Assembly: GCA_976551045.1 (NCBI GenBank)
Contig: CDPCPM010000233.1
Span: 5,766,001-5,830,000 of the forward strand
Direction: 5' to 3'
From: Glaucostegus cemiculus
Taxonomy: Eukaryota
DNA: 64,000 nt
The position numbers and the translations under genes were made by a program. Position 1 is the stretch's first letter. Each line of letters begins with the position of its first letter. This document shows positions 52,819-64,000 of this stretch, in pieces. The notes under the pieces are model-generated. The model was given only the letters and a program-made list of their open reading frames with translations, had not been told where the DNA came from and searched no databases.

Positions 52819-54462
52819 AGTTAGCACAGAGTAAATGGAAGGGTGTTGGTGCAGAGGAAGTTGATGTTCAGCATATTGGAGTGGCAGTCTGATCAATAGG
52901 TCATGAAAAGATTAGCCCACAAGGGACATTTTGGATGGTCTCCTTCCTTCCTCTTACTCCTTGTCAGCCTTTCCTGCTGTTGTAGAGTAGTCAATGTTGG
53001 CCCTGTGCAGCATGTAGAAGTCTATCATTAGTCTTCCACTTAGTCAGCTGAGTTACCAAGTCTGGTAGTTGCTTCAGGGAGTCAATGTTCTGCTTTATCA
53101 CATTTGTGAGGCAACATGGCTTTTGTTGTATGTTCTGAAATATTCATGAACGTTCTTCATGTCTCTGCCATAGGCATTGCAGCAACAAGAAATGACACTG
53201 GAGCAACTTCCATGTGAAAATCTCTTATTCAAATGGCAACGTCCACATGGCATTGATGCAGCAGCTTTCAGAAACAGCAATATGTTGAGTTAAACATTTT
53301 GCCAGTGTTCTATCGTAAGGCTGCCAGTTCAATATTAAACAAGTAGCTGAAAATAAATCAGCTTCTTTTAATTATTGTCTATTAAAGGTAGTTGTGCCTC
53401 TTTCACAATTTATTGATACCTTGATTTAATCATTTTGAAAAAATATACATTGATTAATATTGATCTTGATTCTTGTAAATAATACGGTCGAACAACCCTG
53501 TGTCATTGCTCCAATACTTTTCTCAATCTTTCTCACCACAGTTTTGCACCTCATCTCCAACATACAGCCTGTCCTAATGTTAATTGATATGGGACAGCAC
53601 TATGCTGATATTTATGTGCATAACATTATGCAGCACATGATGGGCAAACTCTCAGCTTCCAAAGAAACACAAGCAGATATTACCCAATATCTGAGTGTTA
53701 CAGCAGATGCTCAGACATCAATCTGGTAAACAAAGACTGTTGCCACATGACTCTAGATCAAAGCATCTTTGAGGGTTTCAAGCACTCAAGTGTCCTGTTC
53801 TCCAATAGATTACTGGAATGGTATTGACACTGTTCCACCAGAACGTGAATCAACTACCATCTTTAAGGAATATTGCAGTAATGTATGTTATTCACAAGGA
53901 AATACATATAACTGAATGTAGATTGCTGATAGTTGTTCTCTATCAAGCCAGCAGGGGTCATGGTGCTTTTGAGGATTATCTTGTTTTTTGATCTTTGGCA
54001 AACACCATTTTGGTTGATCTCAGGATTCATGTTCCCATCACTGACACTCAGCCAGCCTTCTTGGAATGCTCTCATTCCTGGTGAAACTAGAGTCTGAAGA
54101 TGAGACCATATGGGCCTCCTCTGACCTTGACTGCTCTTTGTAAATGTGTCCACTGAAAGTCAGCAGCTTTCCATCACCTATGGTGCAGCCATTTGGGTAA
54201 CACCATGAAGGAGCAGTTGAATGGCAAACAACACACAAATGAGAGGTAATTAAAGGCATGTACCTTCATGCTTAGTCAATGTTGATATGTTTAGTCCTCA
54301 ATAGAAACCTGAATGATCATTTGTTTGGGTTATATTTATCAAGTGTGCTCCTAGAGCCACATTAAATATGCATCTAATCCAGAGACAACTCTGGTCAGTG
54401 TTGATTTCCAGAATGTTGATGGTAGCAAATCTTCAATAGGAAGGAGTGTCAAGCAGAAATAG

Positions 54463-55689
54463 AATCATAGAATCATAGAACAATACAGCACAAAACAGGC
54501 CCTTCGGCCCACCAAGTTGTGCCATCCTTCAAACGTCTCACAATCTAACTCTTTCCTCCCACATATCCTACTATTCCACATTCTTCTATGTGCCTATCTA
54601 ACAATCTCTTGAACCTGTCCATCGTATCTGCCTCTACTACCACCCCAGGCAGCGCATTCCATGCACCAACCACTCTCTGGGTGAAAGACTTCCCTCTGAC
54701 ATCTCCCCTAAACTTTCCACCCAATATCTTATAGCCATGCCCTCTTGTCTTGTGCATCTGCGCTCTGGGAAAGAGGCGCTGGCTGTCAACTCTATCTATT
54801 CCTCTCAATATCTTATACACCTCTATCAAGTCCCCTCTCATCCTCCTCCCCTCCAACGAGCAGAGCCCTAGCACCTTAAGCCTCTCCTCATATTCCATAC
54901 CCTCTAATCCAGGCATCATCCTGGTAAATTGCCTTTGTACCCTCTCCAACGCCTCCACATCCTTCCTATAATGCGGCGACCAGAACTGAACACAATATTC
55001 TAAGTGGAGCCTAACTAGAGTTTTGTAAAGCAGCATCATCACCTCTCTGCTCTTGGACTCAGTCCCTCGATTTATAAAAGCTAACATCCCATAAGCCTTC
55101 TTAACTGTCCTATCCACCTGCAAGGCAACTTTGAGTGAACTGTGGCTATGAACCCCCAGATCCCTCTGCTCCTCTACACTGCCAAGTACCTTTCCATTTA
55201 CCTCATACTCTGCCCTGGAGTTCTTCCTCCCAAAGTGCACCACCTCACACTTCTCTGGATTAAACTCCATCTGCCACCTGTCCGCCCAGCTCTGCATCCT
55301 ATCAATATCCCTCTGTAAGCTCCTACAGTCCTCCACACTATCTACCACACCACCGATCTTGGTGTCATCTGCAAACTTATCAACCCATCCTTCCACTCCT
55401 TCATCTAAGTCATCTATAAATATAACAAAGAGCAGAGGTCCCAGAACCGATCCCTGCGGGACACCACTAGTCACAGCCCTCCAATCCGAGGGCACTCCCT
55501 CCACCACAACCCTCTGCTTTCTACAGGAAAGCCAATTCCTGATCCACACAGCCAACCTCCCCTGGATGCCTCGACCTCTGACCTTCTGAAGGAGCCTGCC
55601 ATAAGGAACCTTATTGAGTGCCTTACTAAAATCCATATAGACTACATCCACCGCACTGTCCTCATCAAGCTTCCTCGTCACCTCCTCAA
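54463..55689 (-). mobile_element. Young 5'-truncated CR1 with uninterrupted RT C-terminal frame
   Basis: ORF 54545-55726 is open through GVPQGSVLGP and FADDTK to the stop; (GATTCTAT)n tail; AGAAATAG duplicated at 54455-54462 and 55690-55697. Confidence 0.95.
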
Positions 55690-55784
55690 AGAAATAGTTA
55701 GATTCTCTTCTGTACAAGGTGATCATTGCTTGTCAATTATGTGGCACAAATGGTATTTTCCATTTGTCAGCCCAAGTATGAATG

Positions 55785-55955
55785 CTCAAAGTGCTGGAGG
55801 AACTCAGCAGGTCAGGCAGCATCCAGGGATATCCAGATGAAGGGCCTCAACCCAAAACATCTACTTGCCATTTTCCTCCATGCATACTGCTTGACTTGCT
55901 GAGTTCCTTTAGTACTCTGTGTGTTCCTCCAGATTCCAGCATCTGAAGTATCCTG
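55785..55955. repeat. Palindromic Penelope pLTR-derived unit
   Basis: Left arm gtgctggaggaactcagcaggtcaggcagcat, central ccagATGAagggcctcaacccaaaacatc, right arm ctgcttgacttgctgagttcctttagtac. Confidence 0.7.
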
Positions 55956-57294
55956 TTCTTCCAGCTATGAATGTTGTTCGGTTCCTGTTGCATGAGGGTA
56001 TAGACTGATTGATGACCTGGGACTTGGCAATTTGTCTCAGTTCCTCACAGGAAATGCAAAGTGAAGCATCACTTCCTGACAGCATGGGCTCTCATTGAAT
56101 GCTCCCTTGATGTTCTTCCTCCTGTAAAACAATTAAGACCAGATGATGGAGAACCCAGCAAACCAGTACAGATTGAGAGAATCTCTCAGGATTTAAATGA
56201 AGGGCGCTTCAAGGATGGCTGAGGTAGCTGATTCATTACTTCAACACATCAATTGTGTATTCAGTGACACTGTCCAGGTGGATAATAAGAGCATTCTGTT
56301 TTCCTGAGAGGTCCTCACATCAGTTAGGGGTCAGGGCATTGACAGGATATCCAGTGTCTCCAAGCAGCCACCCACTGGTCTGTAATGGGGCTGGAAGTAA
56401 AGAATATATGGTTAATTGCTGCAAGGTGGAGGTGATATGTTAACTCAGAGCTTATCTGTCATTGGCCCTCTGGATTTTCTGGATGTGGTCAAAACTGCTT
56501 AATCATTTCGAGAACTAAAATCCTTGTAGTTTCTGTACATTAAGATAGAATCCTTAAAGTGATGCTAGTGCATTTATCCACAGCATTTATAAAGCACGAC
56601 TTACTCAAAATGAATTTCCTTGTTCCTGACAGCCTCTGTGACTCTCTAATGCAACACGGGGCAGTATTCTCCATTCACTTGCGATATTGTTACCACCCAC
56701 CCAATTGCACTGAGACAAAACATGCATGCCCCCATCATCTCTGCAGTCAGAGGCAAATGGTCAGTGCATGAATCTGTTGGAGGGACAATGGCTCGAGCAT
56801 ATGACCGATCTCAGTCTCCATGAATCTGGAGAATCAGAGTGTCCAATGTCATTGCTCCCTTGTCAGGGGCACACCAGACATTTGCTTCCTGAAGATTCAC
56901 TACACCCTAATGGCCAGAATCTTTCTCCCTGTACTTGCACCAATACTTTCGGCATGTTGCCCTCCTATATGGTCCCTCTCAGCTCATCATGGTGGAGGCT
57001 CCGGGAAATGGCCACCAACACCTGTTTGTGCCAATCGAAGGATAATTCATGGGATAATTGGAGATTCCAGCTTTAACCCCAGCAATAGCTACAGTTCTGT
57101 CAAACTGAACTCTAAATCAGGCATTGAGGATCCCCTTAGATGGCACTGATGTGGGAGTGGACAGGTGGTTCCAACTGATGGTTTACACAGAACCTGTGCA
57201 CAATTTACACAAAGGCATTTATGGATCATCATTAACTATCTGGCCATCAAAGCTGTTATTGTAAAGCATTATCAACTGCCAGTCCTATCTATTT

Positions 57295-57882
57295 AAAATC
57301 ATAGAGCCACGGAGTATTAAGGCAAAGAAACAGGCTCTTCAGCCCAACTTGTCCATGCCAACCAAGATGCCCATCTAAGCTAGTCCTATTTGCCCACATT
57401 TGGCCCATATCACTCTAAACCTTTCCTATCCATGAAACTGTCCAAATAACTTTCAAATGTTGTTATTGTACCTGCCTCACCCACTTCCTTTGGCACCACC
57501 TTCTGTGTGAAGGAGTTGTCCCTCAGGTCCCTTTTAAATCTTACCCCTCTCACCTTTAACCTATGACCTCCAGGTTTTGATCCCTTTTCCTGAGAATAAG
57601 ATTGTGTGTATTCACTTTATCTGAGCCCCTCATGATTTAATACAACTCTATACGATCACCCCTCACTCCAAGGAATGAAGTCCTAGCCTGTCCAAACTCT
57701 CCCTGTGACTCAGGCCCTCGAGTCCTGGCAACATTCTCATAAATCTTCTGTGCACTCTTTTCAACTTAATGTGTTTTTTTATATAACAGGGTAAGTTAAA
57801 GTGTGCATAATACTCCAAATGTGGCCTCACCAACATCTTGTACAACTACTTCAAATGCAGCCTCACCAACAGCTTGTACAAC
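57295..57882 (-). mobile_element. CR1 3' fragment
   Basis: YKMLVRPHLEYY...LPGLEGLS; caggctcttcagccc stem-loop. Confidence 0.85.
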
Positions 57883-59504
57883 TTTCTGTGCAAGCACACA
57901 ATGCACGTTAATTTGCTGAGTGCCATGAATCACCAATCTCAGAAAAATCTGGAGTCAGATTACTACCAATAAAACATTACACAGCTTAATTCTTCAGCTG
58001 TTATAGTCTTATATACTACTTTAAAAAGTATACTTTCAAATGACTTTTTCTTTCAAACTGTAATGTTCTAACCTGACAAGCAATAGGACCATAACATCAT
58101 AAGCAATTCCAGTTAATAACCATATAATATGTTATAAGTTTAATTGCACCTTTTAGCTTGTCATTACAATGACTCTGTATTTTGAAATATGCAAAATACC
58201 CATTGCAGTCGATCTATGTGGTCTCCCATGAGGTTTTTTATGGAATCTTATGAAAAGGTTAAGCAATAAAAACTATGCTTTGGGGGGGCTTTAATGCCCT
58301 AAATAATTAGAGAAGTTTTGAACTTCATGAACAGCATGGTATTTTCAAAGATAAAAACTTTGTATCTGTTTTATCACACAAAAGAATATTACCTATAAAT
58401 TCCTGCCCGGTTGTTAGTGCTACATGTGCTATGTATTAACAGTCAAAATGAATTTTGGAAGTGGAATGGAATGCACTATTGCTATTATGTAGTGCAGTTA
58501 ATGTTGTTGACTGGGAATGAATTTCTATGCAGATTTCTTTTGACACTAATATTTTAGTCAGACGTGTAAACTGTTAAGAAGATTGGTGAAAACCCTTGTA
58601 AAATTTAACAATTGAATGGAAAATGTTGCAACAATGTTTGCAATATGAGAAGGATAATAATTAGTTATATTTTGTCTGTATTTTGTTTTTATCCTCGCAG
58701 AAATATAATTTGAAATGGTGCATTACACTTGAGACTTGAATCACCAAAGATTCAAAACAAAACTGTTTTAAAAATATTCTCCCAGCCTTTTGTGTTTATC
58801 AACCCTTTGCCCTATAGCTGTTTCTTCAAACATTTTGGTCTTTGACAGACTGAGTCTGTTGTCAGAAAATGTTACTAATATTTCAAACGGTTCAAGTCAG
58901 ATTGGCCAGTTTCAACACATATTGTGTTGTCATGATCTGTCTAAGTGCATGTGGATGGGGAAACTGTCTTACAACTTAGTTGGTCCACAGTTATTAAGTT
59001 ATATCTTGGAAGCACATTTTTCTCAGTCCACATACCTGAATGTTAGAACCCAGACACCATCATTCAACAGCTATCTGAAAATGTCATTGCTAGACCTTCT
59101 GAATCCTCCTGAGAAATGTAGTTTGAAATGAGTTCAGTCTTTCTTTCTCTTCAGATAAATAAGTTTGATCCTGCCTTAACCTGACCTTAGAACATGTACT
59201 CTGCTGCAGTCATTGGATAACAAGCAAGAACATTTGCTGATCTTTTCTTTCCCTACTTCAAGAACACTGAAGTTAATTGTAATGCCCTAGGATTAACCTT
59301 GTTGAAAATAACTAATATAGCACATGCCAGGATCAAAAGGTGAACTTTCATGATGTATACAGTTTGACAACATGCATCTTGATATATTTACCCACTTATT
59401 TTTTAAAGATATGACAAAATAATTGTACATTTGAAAATACATTTGATTAGCAATTTCCTGTTCGTAATGTCAAATGTTACATAGCGGAACCTTCTGCCTT
59501 CGAA

Positions 59505-60260
59505 ATCTATGGCAGTGAAATCAACCTTGATTGGAAGAAGTGCAGGTGAATCACCTTTTCACCTGGATTAACTGTTTGGGTCCCTGGACAGTGAGAAGGA
59601 AAGAAATAAAAGGACAGATGTTGCATCTCTTGCAGTTGTAAGAGAAAGTACCAGGTCTTCCACCTTAAGCAATGATTCACCTGCACCTCTTCCAGCCTAG
59701 TGTACTGAATTTGGTGTTCACAATGTAGTCTTCTCCACATCGGAGAAATCAAATGTAGATTGTGTGATTGGTTTGTGGAGCATCTGCATTTGGTCCACAG
59801 GAGTAAGCCCAAGCTTGTGGTTGCCTGCCACTGTAATTCACTTTCTCACTTCCACACTGACCTTTCTGACTTTGGCATTCTCCAATATTATAATGAGACT
59901 CAACATGAGCTCAAATAACAATACCTTCTCTCTAGGCAGCCTTCCAAACTCAATATTGAATTTTCCAACTTTAATTAACTTGGTCTTTTTCTCGGTATGT
60001 ATCTGAACTGGCCATTTCTGCAAGTCGTCATTTTGGCTCAGTATTTCTTATTCTATTTTATATTGTCTAGCCTGTCAGATATGTCCCACAACCTCACCAT
60101 TAGACACAAAAAAGAAGCTTATTGCGGCCATTAACCCATTTGGACCCACCCTACTGGATATATTTACTTTATTCCACTCAGATCACCCACCCCCCATCCT
60201 TTCTCCAACTCTCCCAATTCTGACAAAGTGTCCCAGACCTAAAATGTCAGTTGCATCTCA
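59505..60260 (+). mobile_element. Penelope-like element fragment: GIY-YIG endonuclease and pLTR, with a short inverted 5' segment
   Basis: From about 59677: FTCTSSSLVY*IWCSQCSLLHIGEIKCRL...FVEHL (decayed VY...YIGET...R...EH); 59505-59650 is the inverted counterpart; decayed hammerhead motif near 60216-60253. Confidence 0.75.
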
Positions 60261-60345
60261 ATTAATTGCATTCTCACCTCTGTACAAATGTTATGGGTTC
60301 AAATTCTGCTCAAAAATTTAAACACACCAATCTAGCATGATAGAG

Positions 60346-60558
60346 GAGACACAAGAGACTGCAGATGCTGGAATTTGGATCAACAAACAATCTGCTGGAG
60401 GAATTCAGTGGACCAAGCAACACCTGTGGGAGGAAAGAAACTGTCAAGGTTTCAGATCGAAATCCTGCATCAGTCCTGATGCATTGACCCATGATATTGA
60501 TTATTCCTTTCCTCCCAAAGATATAGCACGATCTCTGAGTTCTTCCAGCAGATTGTTA
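60346..60558. repeat. Palindromic Penelope pLTR-derived unit
   Basis: Centre TGCATCAG-tc-CTGATGCA (60466-60483); outer arms aacaatctgctggaggaattcag and ctgagttcttccagcagattgtt. Confidence 0.75.
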
Positions 60559-60769
60559 ATCTATCTTGACAATTCAGAACTCGTCAGAGAAAGGGCTACT
60601 CAGTGAGAGATTCCTTTGATCAGATTAGCCAAACAAAGACTATGACTACCCTCTCAAATAGACCCAACAGATCCAATGATATTATTTTGAAACAGAGAAA
60701 GTAACTAGTCAACTTTTATCCCGCAAACACTTTTATCATAGATTATTGGGCATCAGAACATTGTCATTT

Positions 60770-62289
60770 GTGACAGAGGAAGGATGTGGAAGATAGTGAC
60801 ATCAGAGTGGAGTGTGCTAATGTGCTGGGCATTTCAAAATATAGGAGGTAGTGTTGGGACTCTTAAAGAACATTAAGATGAGTAAGTCCCCAGTGCCTGG
60901 TGGGATATACCCCAGGTTATTGAGAGAGGCAAGAGATGAGATTGCTAGGGTCTTGATCGTGTCCTCTCTAGCCATGGGTGAGGTCCCAGAGGACTGGCAA
61001 GTTGCTAATGTTGTTCCATTACTCAAGAAGGAAAATCAGAATAACCCTGGAAACTATAGACTGGTGAGTCTCACATCAGTGGCAGGGAAGTTACTGGAGA
61101 GAATTCTTAGGGAGAGCATTTATAAGCAATTGGAAAACCATGGCCTAATTAGGGATGGTCAGCTTGGCTTTGTGCGAGGCAAGTCATGCATTACTAACTT
61201 GATTTAAGTTTCTTGAGGAGGTGACAAAGCTAATTGATGAAGGTAGAGCTGTAGATACTGTCTACATGTATTTTAGTACGGCATTTGACAAGGTTCCTCA
61301 CGGGAATCTCATCCAGAAGGTTAAGATGCATAGAATCCATGGTGACTTGGCCATTTGGATTCAGAATTGGCCTGCCCATAGAAGACAGAGAATAGTGGTC
61401 GATGGGACTTATTCTGACTGGAGGTCGGTGACTGGTGGTGTTCTTCAGGGACACCTACTGGGACCTCTGCTGTTTGTGTTATACATCAATGACCTGGATG
61501 AAAACATAGATGGTGGGGGATTCTCTTGGTGGTGCTCATGGACTGAGCCACAACTTGGCTTTGGTCCAGGTACTTTTCAATCCACTATATACCACCCTTT
61601 AATAAGTTTTTTTTTACAATACTGTTGCAAGTCTTTTTTTGATTTTTAAAATGGTGCTCACATTTTAAAATGAGCACCAGATCTAAAGCCTCTGCTAATG
61701 GTAAAGGTGGTAAAGGTAATGGAGACCAGCCTACTTTGGAAGCTATCTCTAATCTGGATAGAAAGTTTGACCAGAGCTTTGCTGAATTGAAGTCTATTCT
61801 GAGGGATTTCGAAGAGAAGCAGAATATTTTGATCGAAGAGAATGCCAGACAGAAACTATTAATTGCTGAACTTGAGCAAGCTGGTAAGGAGAGAGATGCC
61901 AAACTTCATTCGCTTGAAAAAGCCTTAAATACAACTAAGCAAACCTTGGAAAAGCAACAACAGAGGATCATCGACTTGGAAGGACGCAGCAGAAGGAAGA
62001 ATTTAAGGATCATCAACTTTCCGGAGAACACTGAGACTGGTAACCCTACTGAATTCTTCTCTAATCTTTTGGTCAAAATATTTGGTCCTGAAATGTTTCC
62101 TGTCCAGCCGATTCTGGACAAGGCTCATAGAGCATTAAGAAAACATAGATGGGTGGGTTAATAACTATGCAGATGATACAAAGATTGGTGGTGCTGTGGA
62201 TAGTGTAGAAGACTGCCAAAGGATACAGTGGGATATAGATCAGTTGCAAATATGGCAGAGAAAAGGCAGATGGAGTTGAATCCGGCCAA
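60770..62289 (+). mobile_element. CR1 LINE RT fragment hosting L1 and Penelope insertions
   Basis: KSPVPGGIYPRLL, NYRLVSLTS, AFDKVPH; resumes at 62153 with tatgcagatgatacaaag (YADDTK). Confidence 0.9.
61514..62138 (+). mobile_element. L1-clade LINE 5' fragment (5'UTR and N-terminal ORF1), 3'-truncated
   Basis: ORF from 61670: coiled coil then IDLEGRSRRKNLRIINFPE...LDKAHRA (L1 ORF1p RRM motifs); GAAAACATAGATGG duplicated at 61500-61513 and 62139-62152. Confidence 0.88.
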
Positions 62290-62790
62290 AGAGAAGCAAA
62301 GGACTGGAGATGCTAGAATATAGATGAGAAACACTATGATGCTGGTGGAACTCAGCAGGCCAGTCAGCATCTGTGTAGAAAAGCAGGTGGTCAACATTTC
62401 AGGTCAGGACCCTTCTTCAGGACTGAAGATAGGAAAAGGGGAAACCCAATACATAGGAGGAAGAAGCAGAGCAGTGATAGGTGGACAAAAGAGGGGAGGT
62501 GGGGTGGGCACAAGGTGATGATAGGTAGATGCAGGTAAAAGACAGTGATAAGTAGGTGTGGGGGAGGAGGGGAGAGCAGATCCACTGGAGGATGGGTCAA
62601 AGGTAAGGATGAAAGGGGGGTAGAAGAAAGAGAAGTAGGCTAAGAAAGGGAAGAAAAGAAGAGGCAAGGTTGGGGGTGGGTGTGGGGATTATTTAATGTG
62701 GGAGAATTCAATGTTCGTGCTGTTAGGCTGCAAGGTTTCAAGACAGAAAATGAGGTACTGTTCCTCCAGTTTGCACCTGGAATTCTCTGA
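62290..62790 (-). mobile_element. Inverted pLTR of a Penelope-like element
   Basis: Reverse complement of bases 1-430; hammerhead motif on the minus strand at 62390-62425. Confidence 0.8.
62390..62425 (-). ncRNA. Minimal hammerhead ribozyme-like motif
   Basis: Minus strand CAGTC-CTGAAGA-A-GGGTC-ct-GACCT-GAAA-TG-TT-GAC. Confidence 0.6.
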
Positions 62791-62799
62791 CCCAATGTG

Positions 62800-64000
62800 A
62801 CATCAAACGAGCCAATAAAGGTAGTGCCATGGTAGTTTGGCGTACTGACCGCTACCTTGAGTGGCCAGATACCAACTCTCGGACACCTCCTCCAATCTGC
62901 CCCTGAACCATGACCCCACCAAGGACCACCAGGACATTATCTCCTGCACCATTACTGACTTCATCACCTCGGCAGATCTCCCCCTCCCACCCCCACAGCT
63001 ATCAATATGGTAGTCCTGCAACCTAGGACTGCTGCTTCTATCTCCTCCACAAAATCCACAAGGAGGACTGTCCCAGCAGACCTATTCTCTCAGCATGCTC
63101 TTGTCCCACAGAGCTCATATCCTCATATCTGGACACTATCCTGTCCCAACTGGTCCAATCCTTTCCCACCTACATCCATGATATATCACATGTTCTGAAC
63201 TCTTCCATAGCTTTAAGTTCTCCGGCACGCACAACCTCACCTTCACTATGTAAGTCCGGTCCCTATATACCTCCATTCCCCTACGTGATGGTCTCACTGC
63301 CCTCCACTTCTTTCTTGACCAGAGACAGTAACACTCCATTAACACTCTCCTCTGCCTGGCTGAATTTGTCCTCACCCTAAATAACTTCACTTTCAATTCC
63401 TCTCACTTTCTACAGAGCAAGAACACAGCCATGGGCTCCAGCTATACCTGCCTGTTTGTTGGCTACATTGAACAGTCTTTGTTCCAAGCTTGCTCTGGCC
63501 CTATTTCTCAACTCTTTCTCCACTATATTGATGACTGCATTGGTGCCACCTCTTGCACCTGTGCAGAACTTGGCATTTTCATAGATTTTGCCACTAACAT
63601 TCACCAATTTACTTGGACTATCTCTGACACCTCTCTCTCCTTCCTCAATCTGTCCATCTCCATCTCAGGAGATTCCTTATCCAGCAACATCTTCTACAAA
63701 CCCACTGATGCCCACAACTACCTCAATTACAGCTCCTCCCACCCTGTCCCTTGCAAGGATGCTATCCCTTTTTCTCAATTTCTCTGCCTCAGCCACATCT
63801 CCTCCCATGATGATGCTTTCCACTCCAGGACATCCGAGATGTCCAACTTCTTTACTAACCATGGCTTGCCCCGGCTGTGGTCAAGAGAACTCACACCCAT
63901 ATCTCTGTCACTTCCTGCACCTTGGCTCTCACCCCCACCCCTCCCAGACCCAATAGGGATAGGGTCTTCTTTGTCCTCACATTTCATCCTACCAGCCTAC
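62800..64000 (+). mobile_element. Penelope-like element reverse transcriptase, decayed, running off the window
   Basis: VRSLYTSIP (about 63254-63280), LTLNNFTF, TAMG, HYIDDC (YIDD at 63524-63535), FYKPTDAHNYL: PLE RT and thumb motifs with stops and frameshifts. Confidence 0.88.

Noticed and set aside
56726-57149. Overlapping 109-116 aa ORFs
   Set aside because: No convincing motif or splice structure; probably a decayed repeat.
58670-58708. Acceptor-like ttttgtttttatcctcgcag
   Set aside because: Phase-1 frame stops after two codons and no partner exon is evident.
61670-62161. Domesticated L1TD1-like host gene
   Set aside because: Lies inside a TSD-flanked insertion, is truncated in the RRM, and takes its stop from CR1 sequence.

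Overview
Eukaryotic, AT-rich, repeat-dense vertebrate DNA. The repeat content (CR1/HER1-type LINEs, HE1-type V-SINEs, Rex1/Babar, Penelope-like elements) suggests a cartilaginous fish, possibly a ray; this is inference. The only host gene I can support is the 3' end of a group III metabotropic glutamate receptor, best matching grm4, on the + strand: a 247-bp exon (29717-29963; TM7 and proximal C-tail), a 17.4-kb intron, and a terminal exon (47354-47403, ...ALPTKQTYVSYSNHAI*) with a poly(A) signal at 47917. Bases 1-29716 are one large intron, and sequence after about 47950 is downstream/intergenic. Nearly all long ORFs in the track are retrotransposon fragments or their antisense shadows. Least obvious observations: (1) about ten dispersed Penelope-derived repeats carrying a minimal hammerhead-ribozyme motif, some as 160-210 bp back-to-back palindromic units; (2) a 3'-truncated L1 5'UTR+ORF1 insertion with a 14-bp TSD and no poly(A); (3) a solo LTR with 9-bp terminal inverted repeats and a 4-bp TSD inside a CR1; (4) a V-SINE with a Rex1-like rather than CR1-like tail; (5) perfect hairpins at retroelement breakpoints. 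I found no prokaryote-type system and no clearly novel protein-coding gene. Boundaries of decayed repeats are approximate and family names come from recognition, not a database search.
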